A stretch of DNA of 64,000 nt from the human T2T-CHM13v2.0 reference genome, Homo sapiens: the NCBI RefSeq assembly GCF_009914755.1, contig NC_060926.1; one strand, 5' to 3'. Made by a program: the position numbers and the translations under genes. The notes under the pieces were generated by a model that was given only the letters and a program-made list of their open reading frames with translations, ran no database searches and was not told the origin of the DNA. Below are positions 14,080 through 26,950 of this stretch, one piece after another; the stretch's first letter is position 1, and every line of letters starts with the position of its first letter.

Positions 14080-16352
14080 ACTTCACCATATCAAGTCTCT
14101 TTGTAATTTATTGCTTAATATTTGACAATGCACTGTGAATGTGTCTTAATGTTATTAATTAGTGGCCTTTGGTTTTAGCTTCAATAACTCCCTTTAGTAA
14201 TTTCTCTAACGCAAGCCTAGTGGTGATGAACTTCCTTAGCTCTTGTTTGTCTAAGAATGATTTTATTGCTCCCTTATTTCTGAAACACAGCTTTGCTGGG
14301 TAAAGTAATATTGATTGACATTTTTTTCCCTTCAGAACTTTAAATATATGATCCTACATTTTCCCGGCCTGCAGAGCTCTTGCTAATAAATCTTTAATAA
14401 TTGTTTTAGAACTCCCACACACATGATATGTTTTAAACTTTTGTGGCTTTCACAGTTCTTTGTCTTTTATTTTTAATAGTTTCACTGTTATGTGTCTTGG
14501 TGAATTAACTTCAGGTTGAATATAATAGTAGATCTGTGCACATCTTTTATCTGGATGTTGGCATCTTTCCTCAGATTTGGGAAGTTTCCAGCCATTATTT
14601 CTTTACATATACTTCCTGGCTCTTTCCCCAGCCCCCATCTTTTTTTTTTTTTTTTTCCAGAAACTCCTATTCTGTGAATATTAGTTATCTTGATGATGTC
14701 TGATAATACCTGAAGGCTTTCTTCCTTTTTAATTGTTTTACTTTTTTCATTTCTGACTAAATAATTTCATGTTTTGTTTTCAAGCTCATTCTTTCTTTTG
14801 CTTGATCCACTCTGCTTCTGAAGCTCTCTACTGAATTTTTTAGTTAAATCATTGTGTTCTTGATCTCTAGGATTTCTATTTTTTATTATTTCTATTTCTT
14901 GGTCAAATTTCTCAATGACTTCATGTATTATTTTTCAATTTCATTTAATTTTCTTTCATACATTCTTGTAGTTCACTGAACTTCTTTAAGAGGGCTATTC
15001 TGAATTCTTTGTCAGATCTCTATTTCTTTAAGTCCATTGTTAGAGCTTTATTAGTTTCTTTTGGAGGTGTCATAATTCTTCATAATCCTTGTGTCTGTAC
15101 ATTGGTGTCTGTGCATTTAAGAACACAGCCACTTTTTTCATCTTTACAGGTATTCTTTGACAGTGATAGACCTTCACAGAAGGTACCATTACTTGAATTC
15201 TGGAATTGAACGGTATTGCATATTGGGTCCTGGGGTTAGATAAAGTCCTTGCTCAGGATGCTTGGAACCAGGTACTATGCTTAGTAGAAATACATGGTTG
15301 ATGCTTAGCCTCCTGCCTTGGTGAAGCATAGGGGTAGGGTTTGAGGCTGAATTGAGGCACTGTCAGAAAGCCAATTGGCTCAAGCCCAGTCCCTGCGCTT
15401 TGCCAAAAGGTGCTGTGGTGGGTATTTCCTTCCTTGGGAAAGGTGTTGAGTGGGCTTTGAGATTGAGTCAATATGCTGTTTGAATGATCAGGTGGCTGAA
15501 GTCTAGCCTCTGTACTTTGCCAAATGCACTGTGGTGGGTGACTTTCTCTTTGAGTGAGCTCTTGAGGTGAGCTTTGACGTTGAGCTTAGCCACTCTTTGA
15601 ACTCCCAGGTGGTGTACATCTAGACTCTGTGTCTTGCTGAAAGATACTTTGATGGACATCTCTCTCTCTAAGTCAGGTCTTCAGATTGGCTTTAAGGTTG
15701 ATCTGCTATTTGAATGTCTGGTGGCACAAGTATAGCACCTGTGCTTTTCTGAAATAAAAGTATCTCCCTCACAGGTATCTCCCTTACAGGCCTTGGGATG
15801 GTGTCTAAGGTTGGGTTTGGAGGTTAGCTGTCTCAGGACTTAAGCCACATTAAATTTCCAGGAGGCTTCTAGAAGTGACCAATTTGGCTTTACTGGTGAG
15901 TAATGTCACTGGTGCCTCTTATTGGGTACTTCATGGGCAGTAGTAACAGAGAACTACAATCAAGATCCTGGTTTCTATGAGAAATGCTTCCTTCCTTTGT
16001 TTCTGTCTCACCCAGGTGGTCTAGCAACGCTGTTACCCTCTGTACTCCCTATGAGGTGAATCCAAATTAGACTTCCTGAGAAGTGTCTTGGAATGCTCGG
16101 GAAATAGATGTCCATCTCTGGTTTTATTTTTCATCTATAGGAACTAAGGGCCTCAAAATGAATCCTCTCTGTGTGACACTGTGCAAACTTGGGGGATGGG
16201 AAGGGACTGTGTGTTCAAAGTGAGAGGAATGGTCTCCTATCCATATAAAGCAGGTTTTATTCAGTTCTATGTTTCACAGAGGTATCTCAGGCTTATTTCC
16301 AAGTTTTTGGAAACTTGAAACTCCTATTCTGCCATCTTGCTGATGTGCTCCC
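14080..16352 (-). mobile_element. L1MA-type 5'UTR plus ORF1 remnant
   Basis: Antisense ORF1 motifs (ctagtggtgatgaacttccttagc, tttgggaagtttccagccattatttc). The 5' terminus tattctgccatcttgctga is the reverse complement of tcagcaagatggcagaata. Confidence 0.8.
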
Positions 16353-16359
16353 TGAATAA

Positions 16360-17440
16360 CCTTTTTTAAAATGAGCTTTTTTAGAAAATGAAAAGCGCTC
16401 TTGGAATCTATAAGTATAAAAAATAAAAAAGATATTAAAAATTTAATATAAATTTTATAAGACAGAGTTGAAGAATTTTCTGAGAAAATATGAAAAACAC
16501 AAAGTTTACTGAAAACAGGCTTTTAAAAATTAGATGACCAGTCCAAGAGGTTTTTACAAATAAAAAAGGAGGTTCAGAACTATTACAGAAGGAAAAAAAG
16601 TAGAAAAAAATTTAAAAAATAATAAAAGTTTAAAAATATTAAAATATTTAAATTATTTTTTAAAATTTCAATAATAATAAAAAATTTAAAAAATAATAAA
16701 GTTTCCTCCTTCAAAAAAACAACACAAATGAAAAGCCTGCAAAGAATATTGAGCAAAGTAGTTGATAATACACTCATTCAAGTCACTTGTGAAATTTCAT
16801 AAAAGAGATAAAATCATTCACATACAAACAATGAGAAATTATTATTCATTTAAATTTCTAATTAAATGCTGAATGGTCTAAACAATTAAATATACCTTTT
16901 CAATTATGAAGCAAAACTGTACCAGACTATAATTCTCTGTCCAACAAAATCATCACTTAAGGGTGAGCACAGAATGAAGATATTTTCAGACGTGGAATGG
17001 TTCAATAAATTTATTTTCCCTATGCCTTTTTTCAAGAGCCCATTAGACATGTTTCTCAGTCGAATGAGGGAGAAACTAAAAAGGAAACAGGAGGTGCCAA
17101 ACAAAAGAGATTCCTGAAACCACAGATAGTATCAAGCCCTATATAAAGAGAATTCCCAAAGAGACAGTTGAACGGTATTCATAAAATGCAAACACTTCAG
17201 ATTGTGGCAAATTATAAAATTACAGACAAGTGCCCAAAATCTATGCCAAAAAAGGCTAAAAACTAAAAATCTTAATTTTGAGTCTATGGAAAACTGATAT
17301 TTGTGCAAATAGGATAGAAGTAGTTATAATTTGTTATGTAGCTTATCTCTGATTATCATACATAGTTCTTTTTAAACCTTTAATATTGAGTGAAACATTA
17401 TTATTTAAACCTTTAATATTGAGTGAAACATTGCTATATA
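16360..17440 (+). mobile_element. HAL1/L1ME ORF1-like segment (second piece)
   Basis: A-rich ORF1-like sequence: agacagagttgaagaattttc, accagactataattctctgtccaacaaaatcatcacttaagggtgag. Confidence 0.55.
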
Positions 17441-18440
17441 ACTATATTATATAATAACTGTATAACTATATTAATATAATATAAAAAAAGACTGAGTGGC
17501 CAAAAGGAAAGAGAAAGAAATAAAGTGAAAATCTTACCTTTTAAAATGCCTGAAACTTAATATTAATATAATATAGTTATATAATTATTATATAATATAG
17601 TTATAATAACTATATATACTATATTATATAGTTATACTATATATACTATATTATATAGTTATATAACTATTATATAACTGTATTATATAGTTATATAACT
17701 ATTATATAACTGTATTATATAGTTATATAACTATTATATAACTGTATTATATAGTTATATAACTATATTATATAACTGTGTTATATAGTTATATATTATA
17801 TAACTATATTATATAACTGTATTATATAGTTATATATTATATAACTATATTATATAACTGTATTATATAGTTATATATTATATAACTGTATTATATAGTT
17901 ATATATTATATAACTGTATTATATAGTTATAAAACTATATTATATAACTGTATTCTATAGTTATAAAACTACTATATAACTGTATTATATAATTATAAAA
18001 TTATACTATATAACTGTATTATATAGTTATAAAACTATACTATATAACTGTATTATATAGTTATAAAACTATACTATATAACTGTATTATATAGTTATAA
18101 AGCTATACTATATAACTGTATTATATAGTTATATAACTATACTATATAACTGTATTATATAGTTATAAAACTATACTATATAACTGTATTATATAGTTAT
18201 AAAATTATATTATATAACTGTATTATATAGTTATATAACTATATTATATAACTGTATTATATAGTTATATAACTATATTATATAACTGTATTATACAGTT
18301 ATATAACTATATTATATAACTGTATTATACAGTTATATAACTATATTATATAACTGTATTATATACTTATATAACTATATTATATAACTGTATTATATAC
18401 TTATATAACTACATTATATAACTGTATTATATAGTTATAT
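17435..18440. repeat. AT-rich palindromic minisatellite (mostly 32-34 bp units)
   Basis: Unit ~ttatatagttatataact(at)attatataactgta. The G of actg recurs at 17680/17712/17744 (period 32) and 18016/18050 (period 34). Confidence 0.95.
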
Positions 18441-18695
18441 AATAATGCTTCACTCAATATTAAAGGTTTAAATTTATTAATATTTAATACATAGTAATAT
18501 ATAATTAATATTTATTATATAATTAATATATTAATTATCCCACCTGGAATATTACATCACCCCACCAACCATGAGAAACATGAGTGGGAAAGTGGTGATA
18601 GGATAAGAGTTTTATATTAATGAGCATATCTCTGGATACAAACATAAATCAATAGGAAAAGAAATCCTCAATCTCTTCTTGCCAATACCTACCTT

Positions 18696-19007
18696 TTAGT
18701 TACTTAGTAGCCAACTCCATTATCAGATCAACTGTCACAGTATTGCAGTAGTTGTGTTCAAGTAACCCTATGTTACCTAACAATGGTCCCAAAGAACAAG
18801 AGTAGTGATGCTGGCATATTGTTATAATTATTCTATTATTAGTTATTGTTTGTAATCTCTTACTATGCCTAATTTATAAATTAAACTTTATCTTAGGTAT
18901 GTACATATAGAATAAAACAGTATATATAGGGCTTGATACTATCCATGGTCTCAGGCATCTACTGGCCATCTTGGAACATATCCTCTGTGACTAAGAAGGG
19001 ACTATTA
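18696..19007 (+). mobile_element. MER44 (Tigger7-derived), left part missing
   Basis: ttagttacttagtagcc...aagagtagtgatgctggcatattg...tcttggaacatatcc...gggacta(terminal inverted repeat). Confidence 0.85.
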
Positions 19008-19019
19008 TATAAAATTGCA

Positions 19020-19350
19020 GACAGGAAAAAAAAGGTCGAGTGGCCGAAAGGAAAGAGAAAGAAAGAAAGTGAAAATCTTACCTTTTAAAATGCCTGAAAC
19101 TTAATCATTGTAATTATAATAATAGCAATGATAGGAACAGGCATAAGTAAAAGTGAAAGTAGTTATAAATATAAAAATATGCCATGTTTTCCTAGAAATA
19201 GAATTAAATGCCTAAATAATTATCTACATTACCTGGAGACTATGAAGTTGTAGGTGAATTGGGCTGCACAAGATATATTATAGTGACAAACCTTGTAGAA
19301 ATAAATTTTTCTAAAGTATGCACATACATGTTTGACAAAATTAAAATAAG
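19020..19350 (+). mobile_element. HAL1-like 3' end
   Basis: caaaccttgtagaaata...aagtatgcacatacatgtttgacaaaattaaaataa resembles the HAL1 3' terminus. Confidence 0.5.
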
Positions 19351-20557
19351 AACAAGAGAAAAAAACAATAAAATGGGAACAAAAGGAACATGATGATCTC
19401 AAAAAAGCAGAAAAATGAAAAAATGTAATATAAGTACTTAAAAGAAACTAAAAGCACTTCAGAAAAAATACAATTTGCGTTGGAGTCAGTAAACATTTAG
19501 GATGAAATAGAAATAATCTTTTCTAGAATTCACAGAAAATTATGAAGTGATAACAAAATGAGTCTGTGAGAGATAATATGACAAGAGGATAGAAAAATAC
19601 AATATAATACTTTCAACTAATGTATAAATGGTATTTTTGAAGTATTAATTATAAATAGAAGTAATAATAAAGTTGTAATAAATATCTTTCCTGAGCTAGA
19701 GACTTTCATGAGCATTTCAATAGTAGTATCTGCTGTAGGGTCAAATCAATGAAACTTAGAATACTAATATAACTAATAGCAAATTTTCTGAAACCTTAAA
19801 AAATTATTAAATGTTAACCCATAAAATAGGCTACCTACAAAGAAAACAGACATAGAGTCACTGACTGTAACAATGAAAATAAGACAAAAGGGAATGGATA
19901 TAAATTCTATTTTAGATATTTTTAAGGTAAAAGGACTGCAACATCTTTTGAGAGCTTTAATTAAAGAGCCATAAGTTAAACACAGATTTGAATTTAGAAA
20001 AAAATGGAGGAATAGACAATTTATTCAGGTATACAGATACAAAATGTTACCTTTATACCGATAAAAGCTTGAGTTTGGGCACAGTCCTTAGATATGCAGG
20101 AAAAATGGGTTTCTTGAAAGTGAATCTAAAAATTGGATTTACTAATCCAAACCCAAGAAGGGCTGAACCAATTGCAAGCCTTCCTCAGTGGGTGTCTGAC
20201 CCTGCACATTTAATTACCAAAAAGTAGGCAAGAATTGCACACTTTTCAGAACTGTCTGACTCTAAAGAGAAAAGAGAAGGAAGAGGCTCAGCTACCCTGA
20301 TTGTATTTCAACCCCAAGATGTTACTCTATTACATCACTCCACTACATCACATATGAGAAATATAAGTGAGAAAGTGGAGACAGTATAAGAATGTTACAT
20401 TAATGAGCATATCTCCACATATAAACGTAAACCAATAAAAAAAGAAATCCTCAGTCTCTTTCCCTCATCACTAACACTCACCATTTTTATCTAACTAAGT
20501 AGCCTCTGTGAGGGAAAAACAAAGACATTCACAGTTATTAATTTGCATACAGTTGTA

Positions 20558-20785
20558 TAGCGCTGTGTTTAATAGCTTGGGTTTTCTAGGCTTCAGACTT
20601 AGGTTTGAAACTGAGCTCTCTCATCTTCTATCTTTGTATCTTTGGCAATCTATTTATCTGAGCTTCTTCATTATAATATCTACCTTGGAGGTTTAATGAG
20701 CAGATTAATTAAGATGTGGATCTAAGAATGTTAGGAAGTATGAGGAACACAGAAATAGCTCAATTCAATGTTCATCATTATCAGT
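20558..20785 (+). mobile_element. MIR
   Basis: Near full-length diverged MIR ending gctcaattcaatgttcatcatta. Confidence 0.65.
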
Positions 20786-21789
20786 AACAAGGGTTGAAAA
20801 ATAAAACTTGAAAAAACTTCTTAAAAATAAGTACTTAAAAGCATACATTTTTTCAGTCTAAGAAATAAACAAAGAAGCTGATGAGAAGAACTCGCCAAAG
20901 GGGAACATAGCTTGCAATAGGGACTGAGGCATAAAACTGTTGAAAAGAGATTTGAACGTAGTTTTTTAAAATAAAATGTTACAGTTTTGTAAATATAACC
21001 AAAATACTGACAGTGAATGTGAAAAATATAAAGAAAAAATACAAAATAAAAGTCGAATATGTCAAAACTTAGGAAAGTCTGCTCTCTAGGCAAATCTAGG
21101 CTTTGATATTCTGAACAGCATAAAACAGAAATTGGAGAATACTAAAATACATAAAACAATCTACATATTTATTCTCTCCATATCCCTAATTAATCACAAG
21201 ACTTGTTTTTATTCAGATGTTTCTGATATAGCTTTTTGCCCTTTAAGTTGGGCTTCTACAATCAAAGGAACCCCTTATAATCATTCTGGAAGAGAAGTCC
21301 TTCCATTCCAATAAAAGTTTTCCCTGTGACTTATAGCTCTATTTTTATAAGCAAGCGAGGCCAGAAGATTGTTTGAAAAAGGAAAATGAGGAGAAGCGGT
21401 GATTCCCACTTACTTTTTTCACAAAGGGCAAAACACGGGGCTTGTGGAAATATCCAAAGAAAAAATTATTTTCTTTGATATGCTGTATTTTAAGCTTTGC
21501 TAACTTTTTGTAACATTGTCATCTAACAAGCCAGATAGCAAGTAAGCATTAGGCTCAAACAGAAGCTGGCCTTTTGGGAGGAATAAAACCTTAACAAAGT
21601 ACTTTACTTATTGCCTTAATTTGTTTTTCTTACTAAATATGGACAAAAGTGTTTTGGACTAAGCTTGGAGACTTTGATGTTTCTTAGTGATGAACATTAG
21701 GAGTCTCCTCTTCTTGTTTGCCTCTCATGCGATGGAAAAATACACATAGCTTGGCAATGGCATTGGTACATCAGATTTTATCATTTTAT

Positions 21790-21985
21790 CTTAATAACTA
21801 CTTTAGTGCTTACTATGTATTTGCATTGCTGTAATACATGGAATCAATTCATATGATGTTGAACTAACCTGTGGGATGATCAAGTAATTTGCTAGTGGTC
21901 CGCAATTACAAGATGGTAAGGCTTGGGTTTTAATTTAGGGAGTCTAGTGCTAGAGTTCACAGTCTTAACAACTAGAGGATACCAT
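21790..21985 (-). mobile_element. MIR
   Basis: agtgcttactatgt...gtctagtgctagagttcacagtcttaacaact. Confidence 0.55.
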
Positions 21986-22907
21986 TTGTATTTTTAGATG
22001 ATTCTCCCAAGTAGAAAAAAATATAGTGGAAGATAAATGTCTATATCTAAGCCAAAATCATCTTACCAAAGTCTAAGCAATAAAGTATGTTTGTATTGAG
22101 TGTGAGGACACAAAGAAATAATGGTTTTTCAGAGACAATTGAAAAATTGCTAAGTAAGTGATGCAGAAGTGAAAATAATAAGATAGCTTTACTTATGACA
22201 TTCAGGAAAAAAGTATTTTTAAATTGTATAAAGGAAACTGGTGGATTAAACATACTTATTTCTTATTTATTTATTACTTACTTATTTCTCACCACTTTAT
22301 TCTGAAAAGTTACTACAATGCGATAACAAATTAACATGACACAAAACTACAAGCATACAAGAAGAGAGGAGGCCATGACAAAAAGAAGTTAGGAGGTTAA
22401 AACAGGGTTAGGAGCTGGAAAACACATGAATGTACGGTAACTAAATTAGTAGGGCTAAAAGAGCCGAAAGCCAAACCAAGAAGTAAACTCAGTAACACCA
22501 TAGCACCTCAGAAGGGCTCAGATCTGTGAAACTAGGTGCCCATGAAGGTGGTGATGTAATTGAACTGGAACTCAGAAGTACTTTTTAAAGCCTGTCCTCT
22601 ATTTCATGCCCTAGGTTGTACACCTTAATTATTGACCCAATCTCTTAGGCACAGTAATAGAGGTCTACTTCCTTGCAATGGTGGACCAGAGAAAATCTGG
22701 TCTTGTGACACTAGATGTAGCTGATGGAAAATGTATCATAAAGGTCTCATGGTGATATTAAGAAAATTAAGTAATGTCTACATTGTGAAGAGTGGCATCT
22801 CAGCTCCCTTCTTCTACTTGGCTCTAAACAGGCTAGTAGGCTTGCAGCCTTTGTACATAAGTGTCTAAATTGTTGCTCTCTGGGAGAATTGGCCCAAGAT
22901 AAAAGGC

Positions 22908-25078
22908 CAAAAATGTTAACAATTAGCTGAGCCTTACACAGGTAGTAATCTTTTTGCTGGTGGAGGTTCTTGCTTCTGTGTTAATGGCTTCTGACTGATC
23001 AGGGTGGTGGTTGTGGAAGGTTGGAGTGGCTGTGACAATATCTTAAAATAAGACAGCAATGGTGTTTGCCACATCATTTGACTCTTCCTCTCATAAATGA
23101 TTTATCTATACCATGTGATGCTGTTGATAACATTTTACACACAATAGAACCTCTTTGAAAATTAAAATAAATCTTAAATTCTGCTGCTGATATATCAACA
23201 AGTTTTTGTACTATTCTAAATTCTGTGTTGTTGTTTAAAAATTTTTTCACAGCTTCTTCACCAGGATAAGATTCCATCTCAAGAAACCACTTTCTTTGCT
23301 CATCCATAAGAAGCAACTCCTTGTTCATTCACGTTTTATCATAAAATTGCAGCAATTCAGTCACATGTTAAGGCTCCAATTCCATTATAGTTCTCTTGCT
23401 ATTTCTACCACATCTGTAGTTCTTCCCTTCACTGAAGTCTCTAAACACTCAAAGTCACCCATGTGGATTGGAATCAACTTCCTTCAAACCCCTGTACATG
23501 TTGATATTTTGACCTCCTCCCATGAATCATGAATGTCCTTAATGACATCTAGAATAATGAATCTTTTCCATAAGGCTTTAAATTTACGTTGCTCAGATCC
23601 ATCAGAAGAGTCACTATCTATGGCAGCCATATCCTTACAAAAGGTATTTCTTAAATTTTAAGACCTGAAAGTCAAAATTACTTATGACCCATGGGATGCA
23701 GAATAGATGTTGTGTTATCAGGTATGGAAACAAAATTAAACTTCTTGCACATCTTTATTGGAGTTCTTGGGTGACTAGGTGCATTGTTAATGAGCAGTAA
23801 TATTTTGAAAAGAATATTTTTGAGCAGATCTCAATAATGGGCTGAAAATAGTCAGTAACCCATGCTGTAAACAGACAGGCTGTCATTCAGGTTTTGTTTT
23901 TCCATTTATAGAACACAGGCAGAATAGATTTAGCATAATTATTAAGGGCCCTAGGATTTTGAGAAAGATAAATGAGCATTGGCTTCAACTTAAAATGACC
24001 AGCGGTATTAGCCCCTAACAGGAGATTCAGCCCGCCCTTTGAAGCTTGGAAGCTAGTCATTGATTTCTCTCTAGCTATGAAAGTCCTAGGTGGCATCTTT
24101 GTCCATAAACAGATGTTTTGTCTGCATTGAAAATCCATTGTGTAGTGTAGCCATCTTCATCCATTATCTTGTTTAGATCTTCTGGATAACTTGCTGCAGC
24201 TTCTATATCAGCACTTGTTGCTTCACCTTGTGCTTTTATATGACAAAGACAGCTTCTTTCCTTAAACCTCATGAACCAACCCCCTGCTAGCTTCATACTT
24301 TTCTTCTATAGCTTATTCACGTCTCCCAGTCTTCACAGAATTAAAGAGAGTTAGAGGTCTCGCTCTGGATTAGGCTTTGGCTTGAGGGACTGTTGTGGCC
24401 GGTTTGGTCTTCTATCCAGCCCACAAAAGCTTTCTTCATATTTGCAGTAAGTCTGTTTTGCTTGTTTAATCACTCATATTTTCATTGAAGTAGCACTTTT
24501 AATACTCTTCAAGAACTTTTTGCTTGCATTCACTAGTTGGCTAACAGCTTGGGGCAAGAGGCCTAACTTTTGGCCTATCTTAGCCTTTAACATGCCTTCC
24601 TCACTATGCTTAATCATTCCTAGCTTCTGATTTAAAGAGATGTGGGAACAGTTAGAGATCATTGTAGGGTTGTCAACTGACCTGATGTCAATATTCGTGT
24701 TTCTCAGGGAACAGAGAAGCCTAAAGAGATGGAAATAGTTTGGAGAAATGGCCAGCTGGTAGAGCAGTCAGAACACACATAGCATTTATTGATCAAATTT
24801 GCCCTTTTATATGGGTGCAGATTGTGGTGTCCCCAAACCATTACAATAGTAACATAAAGATCACTGATCACCACAACAAATATAGTAATCATGAAAATGT
24901 TTGAAACATTGTAAGAATTACCAAAATGTGACATCAAGACACCAAGGGAGCACATGCTGTTGGAAAAATAGCACCAATAGACTTGTTTGATTCAGGGTTG
25001 CCACAACCTTCATTTTGTAAAAAATACAGTATCTGCAAAGTGCCATAAAGAGAAGCACAGTTAAAAAAAATACCTATA
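22908..25078 (-). mobile_element. Tigger1 DNA transposon, nearly full length, disrupted pogo-family transposase
   Basis: Minus-strand ORF pieces SLNQKLGMIKHSEEGMLKAKIGQKLGLL (N-terminal HTH), [12 protein letters not shown] (CENP-B-type HTH) and [29 protein letters not shown] (DDE region). Degenerate TIR at ~25055-25078; the other end is truncated. Confidence 0.95.
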
Positions 25079-25079
25079 T

Positions 25080-25447
25080 AAGTTGCATGGCTTAAATAAT
25101 AAAATACAATTGTCTCTCATTTCTGGAGGTTAGAAGTCTGAAATGAAGGTGTTGACACTGTTCCTTCTGCTGGATATCAGGTCACAATCTGTTCCAGGCC
25201 TCTTTCCTTGGCTTACAGATGGCAGCTTTCATGTTCATATGGCATTTTCTCTATATGCCTGTCTGTGTCAATGTCTCCTTTTTATAAAGGTAGCAGTCAT
25301 ATTGGATTAGGGTCCACACCAATGACTTTAACTGAATTATCTCTATAAAGAGCTTATTTTCAAATAAGGTCACATTCTGAGGGACTGGGGGTTCTGATTT
25401 TAACATATGAATTTGGGGTGGGGAACAAAATTAAATTTATACCAACT
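25080..25447 (-). mobile_element. MLT1 (B/C-like) MaLR LTR, partial
   Basis: ttctggaggttagaagtctgaaatgaaggtg...cagtcatattggattaggg...aaataaggtcacattctgagg. Confidence 0.85.
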
Positions 25448-25652
25448 ACCAATAAATATTTATTATTGGAAAGAAGTCTGCAAGTAATCTCTTTTATGTT
25501 TGTAAGTTCTACTTTTATATGTATAACTGAATTAATATGAGAAATCATAAGGATGTTTATGGGTTTGAGGTATTCTAACTTGATGGCAGTATTATTATTG
25601 TTATTTTACTTAATACTTTTAATGAATTCTTGCTATCTGAAGACTCAGGTTT

Positions 25653-25703
25653 TATTTACCTCTGGAAAATGATGTTCTATTTACCTCTGGAAATGATGTT
25701 CTA
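25653..25703. repeat. Tandem duplication of ~25 bp
   Basis: tatttacctctggaaa(a)tgatgttc present twice. Confidence 0.9.
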
Positions 25704-25926
25704 CCCCATACTTCTCTATCTACTATGTACTTGCCTCCTAAGATATTAATCCAGTTTATCATTTCCTGATTTTTTTTACAATAGTCGTTATAGCCTCTTA
25801 AATCTTATTGAAAATACAAGTTAGAAATTTGTTTATATTTTCTCTCTTACTTGCAGCAACTTTGTTCAAGAAAATAAAGACTATAATTTTATCACAATAA
25901 TGATGTATATGTATATATAAAAAAGT

Positions 25927-25959
25927 ATAGATAGATAGATAGATAGATAGTTAGATAGA
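25927..25959. repeat. (TAGA)n tetranucleotide STR
   Basis: Direct reading of the sequence. Confidence 0.95.
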
Positions 25960-26639
25960 TATTCTTTATTATGCAACTAATTTAGCCAAAGTCCATTACC
26001 AGCAATCTTACATTTTGACACACAGAGGTCAGATGTGGTACATAATTATTTTTTACTTTTCTGCTAGAACCACTTATCCAAGCACAAGAGGTCCACCTTA
26101 GAAGAGACCCGAGAGTCTCCCTTCTCTGACCTCTTCTTCCCCTCTCTTGGGTATAGTTACTTTAGCTTTTAAACCAAATGCCTTTCCTGCAGGGTCTGTT
26201 CTGCTTCTTTACTCAACTTCTTGTTCAAAGTGCCAGTCACTTGGTTTTTCTTTATTGTTCCTTTTCCATCCTCAGAGTCTGCAGACTTAAGGAGCAGACA
26301 AGCAAGGAGAGGATTTCAGTACATATAGGCAATTCCAGACCGAAATTATAGGAAGACATTAACACATGAGCAACTTTTTGTCTCCACTCATAGGCTAAAA
26401 GGATTTGAATAGAATAAGCTCTCTATAAGCTAGTCATTATGTGTCTTTGTTTATTCATTTTGTATATTACTTAATAAAATTTCATTTGCCATCACAAGAA
26501 TTTTGCACTTATCTTTCAAAATTTATTCCTAGGCAGTCTATGGATTTGATTTATCAGAAATGGATTTATAATTGTTTTATAGAAAAAAATTTATTTTGTA
26601 TATTATCCCTGATAGCCTCTTTATTATGGCCCTTTAGTA

Positions 26640-26950
26640 ATTATAATAATGATAATAAAATAATTACTAATACTATGGAATACTGACTCTATGCCAGAAA
26701 AACTTCTCATATTTTCTCATTTTATTCTATACTGAAATAATAAAGTAACAGTAGCTGTTTTTATTTGTGTTTATTTTGTATTAGGAATTGTGATCAGTAT
26801 TTAGCTGTGTATCAATATTATATTACTTTTGCAGAAGAGTAAAATGACGATCAATGAGGTTAAGTAACATAGTCAAGCACTAAAGCTATTTATGTTAGAG
26901 CTAGGATTTTAAGTGATGCTTTTTGATCCTAAATCTCTTTAAATAGCACT
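26640..26950 (-). mobile_element. MIR fragments
   Basis: gaggttaagtaacatagtcaag..gttagagctaggatttt is the antisense MIR core. Confidence 0.55.

Noticed and set aside
17435-18440. Regular ~32-34 bp repeats resembling a CRISPR array
   Set aside because: No unique spacers, no cas genes, and a primate repeat context; it is a minisatellite.
23074-24662. Transposase ORFs as a domesticated TIGD1-like gene
   Set aside because: Broken into short frames by stops and frameshifts; an ordinary decayed Tigger1.
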